From Verrucomicrobiota bacterium (GTDB lineage Bacteria; Verrucomicrobiota; Verrucomicrobiia; Opitutales; Opitutaceae), in NCBI GenBank assembly GCA_049322455.1, contig JBMOQY010000038.1, positions 768 to 64,767 on the forward strand: a stretch of 64,000 nucleotides of DNA, read 5' to 3'. The translations under genes were made by a program, and so were the position numbers. The notes beneath the pieces were generated by a model. That model saw only the letters and a list, made by a program, of their open reading frames with translations, searched no databases and had not been told where the DNA came from. Shown one piece after another: positions 51,343 to 60,726 of the stretch (position 1 is its first letter; every line of letters begins with the position of its first letter).

Positions 51343-53198
51343 GAGGCTCTCGTCGCGGGCGGTTCGCGCGCGGACCGGTCGAGGCGGTTGAGGATCTTCT
51401 CGGCCCGCGCGAGCGACTCGGCGAGCTCCTTGCGCGCGGCCTCCACCGCCTGCCGCTCGGTGTGGAGGGTTTCATGCGGCTCGGGCGGCTCGTCCACCGG
51501 CGGCAACCCGAGGATCTCGCGCGCCCGCGCCAGCGCGGCCGTGATGTGCGGGCAAACGTTCTCGCGGCCGAGCCGGTCGATGAAGCCGGCGTTTTCCATG
51601 ACGGCCAGCGGCTGGGTGTGGGGCGCGCTCAGGATGAGGTGCTTGCCCTTGGCGCGGAGCTTCAGGTGCAGGTCCTCCAGCGCGCGCAGGCCGGTGGCGT
51701 CCATCGCGAGCACCTTGCGCACGCGCAGGATGAGGACCTCGGGCTCCTGCTTCACCCGCTTCAGCTCGTCGTCGAGCTTGTCCACGACGCCGAAAAAGAA
51801 CGCGCCGAACACCCGGAACACGAGCACGCCCTCCGGTATTTCCTTGCCGACAAGCGAATGGTGCGAGCCCTCGGTCTCGGTGGACTCGTCCACCGCCGTG
51901 ATCTGGGAGGTCTCGGAGATGCGTTTGACCAGCAGCAACGCGGCGAGCACCACGCCGACCTCGACGGCCAGCGTGAGGTTCGTCAGCACGGTCAGCGCGA
52001 AGGTGGCAACAAACACCGAGGAGTCGCTGAGCGGCCAGTTGCGCAGCCGCGCGAACTGCTTCCACGAGACCATGCGGAACGCCGCCACGACCAGGATGGC
52101 GCTCAGCGCCGAAAGCGGAATGCAGCCGACAAGCGGGGCCGCGGCGAGCAGCAGCACGAGCAGCAGTCCGGCATGGACGAGGCCGGCGACCGGCGTGCGG
52201 GCGCCGGCCCGGACGTTCATCACGGAGCGCGCCACGGCGCCGGTGACGGGGATGCAGCCGAAGAGGGGGCCGGCCATGTTCGCCACGCCCTGGCCGATCA
52301 GTTCCTGGTTCGAGTCGTGCCGCTCGTCCAGCAGGCCGTCGGTCACCACGGCGCACAGCAGCGCCTGCATGGCGACGAGCAGCGCGATCGTGAACGCCGG
52401 CTGGAGCAGGTTGCTGGCCGTGTCCCAGTCGGCGCGCGGCCATTGCAGCGCCGGCAGGCTCCGGGAGAATTCGCCGAACTCCGACGCGATGGTCGGGATC
52501 TGCCAGCGGTCATGCAAACCGAAGGCGGCCACGGCCACCGTGGCGGCGACCAGGCCGACCATCGGTCCCGGCAGCAGGCGCGAGAACCTCGCCGGCCACA
52601 GCGCGATCAGCACCACCACGGCCACCCCCAGTCCGGCGGTGGGCCAGTGGATGGCGTCGAGATGCGAGGCGAACACCTTGAGTTTGCCCGGGAAATCCAC
52701 CGGCATCCGTTCCACGGCCAGTCCGAGGAAGTTCTTGATCTGCGAGCCGAGGATGAGGATCGCGATGCCCTTGGTGAAGGCCCGGGAGACCGGATAAGGA
52801 ATGTAGCGGATGATCGAGCCCATCCGGGCAAATCCCATCACGCAGAGCATCGCCCCGGCCATGATGGTGCAAAGCATCAGGCCGTTGGTCCCGTAACCCT
52901 GCAGCACGCTGTAGGTGATGATGACGAAGGCTCCGGTCGGACCGCCGATCTGCACCCGCGAGCCGCCGAGCGCCGCGATGATGCCGCCGCCGATGATGGC
53001 GGTGAACAGCCCCTGCTCCGGCCGGACACCCGACGCGATTGCGAAGGCGATGGACAGCGGGAACGCCAAGATCATCACGTTCAGCCCGGCCAGGAAATCG
53101 CGCCGGAAGTCCGCCCGCGTATAGCCCTGCAGCGCATCGAGCAGGCACGGGCGGAACTGGAATCCTGGCAAGGCCAGGGAGACTTCCGGCTGATTCAT
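51339..53198 (-). CDS. SulP-family inorganic anion transporter with C-terminal STAS domain
   Basis: 619 aa. DFLAGLNVMILAFPLSIAFAIASG, GGSRVQIGGPTGAF, STAS region VLVFRVFGAFFFG...LILRVRKVLAMDATGLRALEDL, then a ~60-aa charged tail. Stop overlaps the next gene's start (ATGA). Confidence 0.92.
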   Translation of the reverse strand: MNQPEVSLALPGFQFRPCLLDALQGYTRADFRRDFLAGLNVMILAFPLSIAFAIASGVRPEQGLFTAIIGGGIIAALGGSRVQIGGPTGAFVIITYSVLQGYGTNGLMLCTIMAGAMLCVMGFARMGSIIRYIPYPVSRAFTKGIAILILGSQIKNFLGLAVERMPVDFPGKLKVFASHLDAIHWPTAGLGVAVVVLIALWPARFSRLLPGPMVGLVAATVAVAAFGLHDRWQIPTIASEFGEFSRSLPALQWPRADWDTASNLLQPAFTIALLVAMQALLCAVVTDGLLDERHDSNQELIGQGVANMAGPLFGCIPVTGAVARSVMNVRAGARTPVAGLVHAGLLLVLLLAAAPLVGCIPLSALSAILVVAAFRMVSWKQFARLRNWPLSDSSVFVATFALTVLTNLTLAVEVGVVLAALLLVKRISETSQITAVDESTETEGSHHSLVGKEIPEGVLVFRVFGAFFFGVVDKLDDELKRVKQEPEVLILRVRKVLAMDATGLRALEDLHLKLRAKGKHLILSAPHTQPLAVMENAGFIDRLGRENVCPHITAALARAREILGLPPVDEPPEPHETLHTERQAVEAARKELAESLARAEKILNRLDRSAREPPATRAS

Positions 53199-53278
53199 GG
53201 CGCGAGCATGCCCGGTTGAGCCCGCGGTTCAAGCTGCCTGCGGGCTCCGGGCCGGATTAGCAGCGCGGGCCGGGCCGG

Positions 53279-53761
53279 TCATAAGCGTGCTTCCAACCCC
53301 GCCCACGTCAGGGCGTGGCAGAGGGCCACGCCGGCGGCGTCGGCCTCGTCGAAGGCCAGTGTGCGGCCGTGCCCGAGCATGGACATGACGGTTCGCGCCA
53401 TCTGCACCTTGCTGGCCCGCCCGGCGCCAACCACCGCCTGTTTCACGCGCAGCGGGGCGTATTCGAATACCGCGGTGTCGCGCAGCGCCGCCGCGGCGAT
53501 CGCCGCGCCGCGGGCCGCGCCGAGGATCTGCGCCGTCTGGAAATTCTGCACGTAGATCGTCTGCTCCAGCGCCACGTGCCGCGGCGCGAAATCCGCCATG
53601 AAGGCCGTTACCGCGCGGTGGATCTCCGCCAGGCAGTGTGCCATCGGCTGCCGGGCCGCGATCTTCACCGTCTGGCAGCGCAGCAGCACCGGTTGGCGGC
53701 CGGGCGCGAACTCGATCAGGGCCAGACCGGTTCCGCGCAGGCTGGGATCGATGCCCAGCAC
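53279..53761 (-). CDS. ruvC: Crossover junction endodeoxyribonuclease RuvC
   Basis: (V)LGIDPSLRGTGLALIE..., LEQTIYVQNFQTAQILGAARGAA, DEADAAGVALCH. The GTG start at 53761 gives 160 aa; the ATG at 53872 would add a 37-aa extension. Confidence 0.85.
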   Translation of the reverse strand: MLGIDPSLRGTGLALIEFAPGRQPVLLRCQTVKIAARQPMAHCLAEIHRAVTAFMADFAPRHVALEQTIYVQNFQTAQILGAARGAAIAAAALRDTAVFEYAPLRVKQAVVGAGRASKVQMARTVMSMLGHGRTLAFDEADAAGVALCHALTWAGLEARL

Positions 53762-54014
53762 GCGCCCGTGATACGCGCCGCGGCGCGGCGCGGGGGCGTC
53801 CGACCATTGCTTGGGCGCAAGCCGCCCCTCGAATTTCGCCTTCCAGAGTTGTCGGACGGATGCGCGCGCCATGGGGGAAGCCACGAAATACAGGAAAGGC
53901 ACAAAAAGGCGCAAGCGGCATCGCGCTCCGGTTGCAACGGCCGCCCCAGCCTGACCCGGGGCCGTTGCGCCCTTGGCGTCCAATGCGCGCGAGGCAGGCA
54001 CCTCGGCGGTGGCA

Positions 54015-54755
54015 TCAGGAGAGCAACAGCTTCCCCGCGGCCAGGGCCGCGAAGCACAGCGCCAGGCTCTCGAACAGGCGCTGGTTCACCCGTTCGACGA
54101 CCGGCCGGCCGAGCAGCGCGCCCAGCGCGACGGCGGGCAGCAGCCACAGGTTGAGGGTGAGGCTGGATCCGTTGATGATGCCGAGCTGGGCCGCGAAAGG
54201 CACCTTGATCCAGTTGATGAGCAGGAAAAACGCCGCACCCGTGCCCAGGAGCTCCAGCTTGCCCAGGCGCATCGCGAGCAGATAGAGCGTCATCACCGGG
54301 CCCGCGGCGTTGGCGATCATCGTCGTCACGCCCGCGAACAGCCCCATCACCGGACCGAACCAGGCCGGCGCGCGGGCGGCGGCCTCGTCGGGATTCCTCC
54401 AGCGCCGCCACACCTGCAACGCCAGCATCAGGGCGATGATGGCTCCCACCAGCCGCGCCGTCTGCCGGTCGTCGATGCGCCCCAGGGCCAGCCAGCCCAG
54501 CGCCACGCCGCCCACCGCCCACGGCAGCAGCCCGCCGACCCGGCGCCATTCGAGGTTCTTGCGGTAGGTGTAGAAGGCGAAGATGTCGGCGAAGATAAGC
54601 AGCGGCAGCACGACGCCGGTGGCGAGCTTCGCCGGCATCAGGTTGGCAAGGATGCCGACCGACAGGATCGATATCCCGGGAATGCCCGTCTTGGAGAAAC
54701 CGAAGAGCACCGCCGCCAGCGCCAGCAACGCCCATTGCCCGGGTTCAAAGGTCAT
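54015..54755 (-). CDS. TauE/SafE (DUF81) family anion exporter-like membrane protein
   Basis: 246 aa from internal ATG MTFEPGQWALL. Repeated G-rich TM pattern (GFSKTGIPG..., GVTTMIANAAGPVM). ATGA overlap with recF. Confidence 0.85.
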   Translation of the reverse strand: MTFEPGQWALLALAAVLFGFSKTGIPGISILSVGILANLMPAKLATGVVLPLLIFADIFAFYTYRKNLEWRRVGGLLPWAVGGVALGWLALGRIDDRQTARLVGAIIALMLALQVWRRWRNPDEAAARAPAWFGPVMGLFAGVTTMIANAAGPVMTLYLLAMRLGKLELLGTGAAFFLLINWIKVPFAAQLGIINGSSLTLNLWLLPAVALGALLGRPVVERVNQRLFESLALCFAALAAGKLLLS

Positions 54756-55837
54756 GAGCGCGGCCCCTCCTCCCGCACCGCTCCGCTTTCCACTCTCAGC
54801 ACCTGCCAGCCAGCGGCATCGGCCGGCAGGCTCGTGCCGGTCGCGATCACCTGCGGATCGTGGTCCAGCGAGGCCCAGAAGCGTTCGCGACGCACCGGAT
54901 CGAGTTCCCCCAGCACGTCGTCGCACAGGAGCACGGGCGTCACACCTCCCTGCTCCTTGAAATAGGCCGCTTGGGCGAGGCGCAGCGCGAGGACGAGACA
55001 GCGCTGCTGCCCCTCGGAGGCATACTGCTTCGCCGGGCGCCCGTTGAGAAGCACCTCCAGGTCGTCGCGGTGCGGGCCGCGCTCGGTGGACTTCAAAAGC
55101 ATGTCGCGCGGACGGTTCTTCGCCTGCAACGCGGCGAATTCCGCCGGCGTGGCTGCCGCAGCATCGGGGGCATAGGCCAGTCCGGCCGTTTCGCCCTCGG
55201 GCACGAGCCGCGCATGGGCCGTGCGGAACCGCCCGCTGAGCTTCTGCACGCCGGCCGCACGGGCCGCCACGAGCAAGGCCGCGTGCACGCCGAGTTCATG
55301 CTCGAAGGCCCCGATGGCGCCGGCGTCGCGCGCGCCGCGCTTGAGGAGGAGGTTCCGCTCGGCCACGGCCCTGGTGTAGGACTGGAGCGCGAGCAGATAC
55401 GCGGGGTCCATCGCCGCCAGCGTGAGGTCGAGCCAGCGCCGGCGCAGCGCGGGTGCGCCGCGGAGGAACTGGCTGTCCTGCGACCAGAACGCCACGGTCG
55501 GGAAACGGCCGATAAAATCCGCCAGCCGTGCGACCCGGCCCTGCTCCCACAGCACCTCACGGCCGTCGGGCATGAGCCTGACCGTCACGCGGCTCGCGCC
55601 GAATTTTTCGTGCTCCAGTCCGAACGCCAGCCCCGCCTGCGGCTGGCCGAGCCCGATGAGCGCGCGCGCCTCGGCTCCGCGGAACGAGCGCAGCGCCGTG
55701 ACGTAGCCCAGCGCCTCGAGGAAATTGGTCTTACCCTGGGCGTTGGCGCCGGACAGGAAGGTGCGTCGCCCGGCGAGGCGGACCTCGACGAGCGCCAGGT
55801 TGCGGAAGCCCTGCAGGGTGACCGAGGCGAAACGCAT
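54752..55837 (-). CDS. recF: DNA replication and repair protein RecF
   Basis: MRFASVTLQGFRNL...LSGANAQGKTNFLEAL Walker A, signature ASEGQQRCLVLALRLA, Walker B VLLCDDV. An alternative ATG lies 15 nt upstream (55852). Confidence 0.88.
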   Translation of the reverse strand: MRFASVTLQGFRNLALVEVRLAGRRTFLSGANAQGKTNFLEALGYVTALRSFRGAEARALIGLGQPQAGLAFGLEHEKFGASRVTVRLMPDGREVLWEQGRVARLADFIGRFPTVAFWSQDSQFLRGAPALRRRWLDLTLAAMDPAYLLALQSYTRAVAERNLLLKRGARDAGAIGAFEHELGVHAALLVAARAAGVQKLSGRFRTAHARLVPEGETAGLAYAPDAAAATPAEFAALQAKNRPRDMLLKSTERGPHRDDLEVLLNGRPAKQYASEGQQRCLVLALRLAQAAYFKEQGGVTPVLLCDDVLGELDPVRRERFWASLDHDPQVIATGTSLPADAAGWQVLRVESGAVREEGPRS

Positions 55838-56523
55838 GGGACCGGCAAACACAGAGGTGCCGGAACGCCGCCGACAAACAAAATCCGGCGCCCGCGGAAC
55901 CGACCTTCTGCGAAGTTACGAATACCATCCTTTCGCCAGAGGCTCGCCAGCCGCGGCTGCGCAGTCGCCAGCATCGCTCACCCGGGCAAAGCCGGCTGCA
56001 CTCCCCGAAACTCGCGCTCGGCGCATTGATGCGCCGACAGGCGGAACCTCCCGACTTCGCGCAGCCACTCCTCCGTCAACCGGCTGCCTTGCACGCCGAG
56101 TGCCCGGAGGGATTTCGCACCTGGTCGGCCAGTTGCCGGGGACCCCTGCGCCCCGATGTTGAAGGCACGGCCGTGCTCGCCTGCGCGGGCGGCCTGTGCC
56201 GCCATACGGATACGGGTCGCCAGGTGCACCGCGGAGCGCGCCATCGTCGCTATCCGCCGTCCGTCCGGGTCCGCCGGGGCAGACGGTGGCGGTGCCGCGA
56301 GCACAGAGTCCGTCCCGCATCGGAAGGCGACGCGGGGGATTGACGACGGCGGTGGCGGCGGTGAGGGCCTTCCGCCACATGGCGAGCCCACGTAAGCACG
56401 TCGCATGCAAACGCTTCACCGGTCGCGAAATGTTTCCCCACCAAATTCCTCAAGCACCCGAGCGCGCGCCGATGAGAATTTGCTCTTGCCGCGGCGTGCC
56501 GCGTCGGGCTTGTTGGCGGATTC

Positions 56524-57045
56524 ATGAGCACAACTCCTCCTCAAGCCGAAGTCGCCGTGCTGCACACGAACTATGGCGACATGACCGTTTCCTTCTGGCC
56601 CGACGTGGCCCCCAAGACCGTCGAAAACTTCAAGAAACTCGCCCGCGACGGGTTCTACGACGGCACGGCCTTCCACCGCATCATCAAGGATTTCATGATC
56701 CAGGGCGGCTGCCCCAACACCAAGGCCGGCGAGACGGGCATCCCGGGCACCGGTGGCCCCGGCTACAAGATCAAGGCCGAGTTCAACGCCAAATCACACC
56801 TGCGCGGCGTCATCTCGATGGCCCGCTCGGCGCATCCCGACTCGGCCGGATCGCAGTTCTTCATCTGCCACGGCGATGCGAAGTTCCTCGACCGCCAATA
56901 CACGGCCTTCGGCCAGCTCAGCGACGGCTACGACGTGCTGGAGCGCATCGCCAACGTGCCGACCAAAAACGGCGGCGGGGGCGAAAAGAGCACTCCGCTC
57001 GACCGTGTCGAACTGATCAGCGTGAAGATTGCGCTGCGGGCCTGA
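56524..57045 (+). CDS. ppiB: Cyclophilin-type peptidyl-prolyl cis-trans isomerase
   Basis: FHRIIKDFMIQGG...G.GGPGY...E......H..G.ISMA......SAGSQFFI pattern. 173 aa. Confidence 0.95.
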   Translation: MSTTPPQAEVAVLHTNYGDMTVSFWPDVAPKTVENFKKLARDGFYDGTAFHRIIKDFMIQGGCPNTKAGETGIPGTGGPGYKIKAEFNAKSHLRGVISMARSAHPDSAGSQFFICHGDAKFLDRQYTAFGQLSDGYDVLERIANVPTKNGGGGEKSTPLDRVELISVKIALRA

Positions 57046-57072
57046 GACGCACCCGCCCGCGACACCGCTTTC

Positions 57073-57104
57073 AGCCCGCGACCGACCGGCGCGGGCTTTT
57101 TGTT
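57073..57104 (+). terminator. Rho-independent terminator after the PPIase gene
   Basis: AGCCCGCG-ACCGACCGG-CGCGGGCT followed by TTTTTGTT. Confidence 0.65.
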
Positions 57105-57326
57105 GGGCGCCGGGGTGTCCTCCAGAGCGGATCAGGCAAAAGCACGACCGCGGCCGAAAGTCCCCGCTGGATTCTTCGCGCGCCCGGAATGGCTCGCTTC
57201 GAGAAGGCATCTGCATTCCCGTCATGCTCAGCGTGGTGAAGAATCCAGGGCCGGTCGGCGAGAGCGGCCCCCGTTCAACCTGCGCGCCGCGCCCCCTTGC
57301 GCAAGCCGGTCGCAGCCCCGCCGGCC

Positions 57327-58256
57327 TCACGCCACGGCCACGGACTTGCCCGCGAGCTCGGCGGTCACGCTCTGACAGAGACCGACGAAGGTCTCCTCGC
57401 CGAGCGAGAGCCGGCGGCCGCGCAGGTGGCCCACGCCCCACTTGCGGCGCAGCCTGCGGCGCCCGAGCGGGAGCGACACGAGCGCGCCCGACACGAGTTC
57501 GTTGCGCGCCACCCACGGCGCGAGCACGCCGACGCCGAGACCGATCTTCACGAGTTCCTTGATCGCCTCCATGCTGCCGAGTTCGAGGATGTTGGTGAGC
57601 GGCAGCTCCTCGGCGCGGAAATACTCCTGCACCAGCCGGAACGTGTAGCTCGTGTGGTTGTAAACGATGAGCGTCTCGTTCTCGAACCCGCCGGGCTGCA
57701 CCCTGCCCTCGCGCGCCCAGGCGTGGCCGGGCGCGACGAGGAAACGCATCTCGTCCTCGAAGAGCGGCACGAACGCCAGCTCCTTCATGCCCTCAGGCTC
57801 CAGCATGATGGCCAGGTCGATGCGGTTGTTCAGCAACTGCTCCACCTGCCGCGCGTGGTCGCCCGGATCGATCGAGATGACGCATTTCGGGAAGCTCTGC
57901 TTGAATTCACGCAGCACGGTCGGCAGGATGTACTGGCAGGCGGTGGTGCTCGCGCCGAGCCGCAGCCGTCCGTGACCCCAGCGGGTGAGTTCGTCGAGAC
58001 CGCGGCGCGCGGTCTTCATTTCCGCCAGAATCTTGTCCACGTGTCGCAGAAATTGCTCGCCAGACTGCGTGAGCGCGACGCGCCGGCCGGCGCGCTCGAA
58101 GAGCCGGCAGCCGGCCTGCTCCTCCAGCGCCTTGATGGCATGGCTGATGGCGCCTTGGGTGAGATAAAGTTCCTGCGCGGCACGCGTAAAGCTGCCCAGC
58201 CTCGCGAGGGTGGCAAAGGCCAGAAGCTGTCGTGTGTCGAATACGTTGTGCTTCAT
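57327..58256 (-). CDS. LysR-family transcriptional regulator
   Basis: HTH LLAFATLARLGSFTRAAQELYLTQGAISHAIKALE plus a LysR substrate domain. Divergent from the ABC-transporter operon. Start at internal ATG MKHNVF. Confidence 0.9.
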   Translation of the reverse strand: MKHNVFDTRQLLAFATLARLGSFTRAAQELYLTQGAISHAIKALEEQAGCRLFERAGRRVALTQSGEQFLRHVDKILAEMKTARRGLDELTRWGHGRLRLGASTTACQYILPTVLREFKQSFPKCVISIDPGDHARQVEQLLNNRIDLAIMLEPEGMKELAFVPLFEDEMRFLVAPGHAWAREGRVQPGGFENETLIVYNHTSYTFRLVQEYFRAEELPLTNILELGSMEAIKELVKIGLGVGVLAPWVARNELVSGALVSLPLGRRRLRRKWGVGHLRGRRLSLGEETFVGLCQSVTAELAGKSVAVA

Positions 58257-58374
58257 GTCGTGGGCTTTAGCGGCAGGCATGAGCCGGGCTCATGTCGGCC
58301 ATGAATTCTTTGCTGAGCAGTAATCGGGCCAATTCCGCCGGCTGGCATGTCACGCGCTGAGAGGCAGGCATTCC

Positions 58375-59463
58375 ATGGCCACGCATCTCCCATCTTCCGG
58401 TCGCTTGCTCCGCCTGGGCTTTTTGGCCCTGACGGACGCCGCGCCGCTCGTCGCCGCGCACGAACTGGGCTGCTTCGCGCGCCGCGGCCTGAGCGTCGAG
58501 CTCTGCCGCGAGGTCGGCTGGGCCACCATCCGCGACAAGATCGCCTACGGGGAACTCGACGCCGCACATGCGCCCGCACCGATGCTGTGGTCCACCATGC
58601 TCGGACTGGGATGCGCACCCGCCGACGTTTGCACCGGCTTCATCTTCAACCTGCACGGCAATGCCCTCACCCTCTCCGTGCGCTTGTGGGAAGCGGGCGT
58701 GCGCGACGCCGCCACGCTCCGTGAGGACGCGCTGCGGCGCCGCGGCGAGACCAAGCTCATGTTCGGCATCGTGTTTCCGCACTCGATGCACCACGTGCTG
58801 CTCCGCCAGTGGCTGCGCGACGCCCGCCTCGACCCCGAGCGCGACGTGCGCATCGCGGTCGTGCCTCCCGCCCAGATGTTCCGCAATCTCGTCGCCGGCA
58901 CGCTCGACGGTTACTGCGCGGGCGAGCCCTGGAACACCCTTGCCGTGCAGCAAAACCAGGGCTGGTGCCCCGCGTGGAGCGCCGCCCTGGCCCCGGGTCA
59001 TGTCGAAAAGGTCCTGATGGTGCGCAACGCCTTCGCCGAACGCCGCGCCGCCGAGCACGCCGCGCTCATCGCCGCGCTCACCGAGGCCGCAGCCTGGTGC
59101 GACCAGCCGGCCAACCGCGCCGCCCTCGCCCGGATGCTCGCCGCCCCGGCCTACCTCAATCTCGACGCCGCGACCATCGAGCCGACCCTGCTCGGCCGTT
59201 TCGCCACCCGTCCCGGCGTCGTCGAGTCCGTGCCGGATTTCCATGTCTTCAGCCAGGGCCACGCCAACGTCCCCACCGCCGATCGCGCCGCCACGCTCCA
59301 GAACGAGCTGGTCGCCTCCGGCCTCCTGCCGCGCTCGCTGCCCGGCCCCAGCCTGCCCCGCCGACTTTTTCGCGAGGACCTCCATCGCGAAGCCACCGCC
59401 AACCTCGACCCTCATGCACACCAGCAACTCAAGCTCCATAGCGGGACAGTCGTCACCGCTTGA
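58375..59463 (+). CDS. NrtA/CmpA/SsuA-family binding-protein homolog without signal peptide (cytoplasmic, NasS-like sensor candidate)
   Basis: LRLGFLALTDAAPLVAAHELGCFARRGL and DGYCAGEPWN parallel the downstream periplasmic paralog (LNFGIIALTDCSPIVIAHEKGFFRKYGI, DGFCVGEPWN). There is no signal or Tat leader. Confidence 0.75.
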   Translation: MATHLPSSGRLLRLGFLALTDAAPLVAAHELGCFARRGLSVELCREVGWATIRDKIAYGELDAAHAPAPMLWSTMLGLGCAPADVCTGFIFNLHGNALTLSVRLWEAGVRDAATLREDALRRRGETKLMFGIVFPHSMHHVLLRQWLRDARLDPERDVRIAVVPPAQMFRNLVAGTLDGYCAGEPWNTLAVQQNQGWCPAWSAALAPGHVEKVLMVRNAFAERRAAEHAALIAALTEAAAWCDQPANRAALARMLAAPAYLNLDAATIEPTLLGRFATRPGVVESVPDFHVFSQGHANVPTADRAATLQNELVASGLLPRSLPGPSLPRRLFREDLHREATANLDPHAHQQLKLHSGTVVTA

Positions 59464-60712
59464 CCGCCGCAAATTCATCGCCGACAGCGCCAAACTGACC
59501 GGCGCGGCCGCCCTCTGGGCCGCCCTCGGCTCCAAGAGCTGGGCCGCCACGGCCGGCTCCGCCTCCGACTCGCCGGAGACACCCGACCTCAACTTCGGCA
59601 TCATTGCGCTGACCGACTGCTCGCCCATCGTCATCGCGCACGAGAAGGGCTTCTTCAGGAAATACGGCATCAATTCCAAGATCACGAAGGGCGCCAACTG
59701 GGCCGCCATCCGCGACAACCTCTCCACCGGTTCCATCCAGGCCACGCACATGCTCATCGGCATGCCGCTCGCTTCCACCATGGGCCTCGCCGGTTCGCCC
59801 AAGAAGCCGATGGTCATTCCGTGGCTGCTCAACCGCAACGGCCAGGCCGTCACCCTCAAGGCCGAGTGGAAAGGCAAGGTCGGCGCCGACCCCAAGGCCC
59901 TCAAGCCCTTCGTGGACCAGGCCAACAAGCTCGGCGAGCCGCTCACCTTCGCGATGACCTTCCCTCCCGGCACCCACGCCATGTGGATGCGCTACTATCT
60001 CGCCGCCGGCGGCATCAATCCCGACAAGGACATCTCCCTCATCACCATCCCGCCGCCGCAGATGGTCGCCAACATGAAGATCGGCAAGATGGACGGCTTC
60101 TGTGTCGGCGAGCCTTGGAACGCCCGCGCCATCGCCGACAACATCGGTTTCACCTCCGTCACCACGCAGGACATGTGGAAGGACCACCCCGAGAAGGTCT
60201 GCGCCTTCACCGAGGAATTCGCCGAAAAGAACCCCAAGACCGTCAAGGCCGTCCTCAAGGCCCTCCACGAGGCCAGCGTGTGGCTCGACGACATGGCCAA
60301 TCGCTCCGAACAGTGCGACATCGTCTCCAAACCCACCTACATCAACTGCCAGAAAGAAGTCATCCTCGGCCGCCTCCTGGGCAGGCTCGACTACGGCGAC
60401 GGCCGCACGACGCAGGACGAGTTCTGCATGCACTTCAGCAAGCGCAACTGCAACTACCCGCAGCCGAAGTATGCCAAGTGGTTCATGTCCCAATACCGCC
60501 GCTGGGGCATGGTCACCGGCACGCCCGACTACGAGGGCGTCGCCCAGCGCGTCATGCGCACCGACCTCTACGAGGAGGCCATGAAGGAGATCGGCTACGC
60601 CCACGGCGGCCTCGACAACTCGCCCGAGACGCTCTTCGACGGCATCGCCTTCGACCCGAGCAACCCCGAGGCCTACGCCACCGGCGCCGCCGTCAAGAAC
60701 CTCAAGGGCTGA
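59414..60712 (+). CDS. Periplasmic nitrate/bicarbonate-type ABC transporter substrate-binding protein (NrtA/CmpA family), Tat signal
   Basis: Twin-arginine leader SPLDRRKFIADSAKLTGAAALWAA. NrtA-family core. Start at the only in-frame ATG (overlaps the upstream gene by 50 nt; start uncertain). Confidence 0.85.
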   Translation: MHTSNSSSIAGQSSPLDRRKFIADSAKLTGAAALWAALGSKSWAATAGSASDSPETPDLNFGIIALTDCSPIVIAHEKGFFRKYGINSKITKGANWAAIRDNLSTGSIQATHMLIGMPLASTMGLAGSPKKPMVIPWLLNRNGQAVTLKAEWKGKVGADPKALKPFVDQANKLGEPLTFAMTFPPGTHAMWMRYYLAAGGINPDKDISLITIPPPQMVANMKIGKMDGFCVGEPWNARAIADNIGFTSVTTQDMWKDHPEKVCAFTEEFAEKNPKTVKAVLKALHEASVWLDDMANRSEQCDIVSKPTYINCQKEVILGRLLGRLDYGDGRTTQDEFCMHFSKRNCNYPQPKYAKWFMSQYRRWGMVTGTPDYEGVAQRVMRTDLYEEAMKEIGYAHGGLDNSPETLFDGIAFDPSNPEAYATGAAVKNLKG

Positions 60713-60726
60713 ACCCGCTTCGTGTC

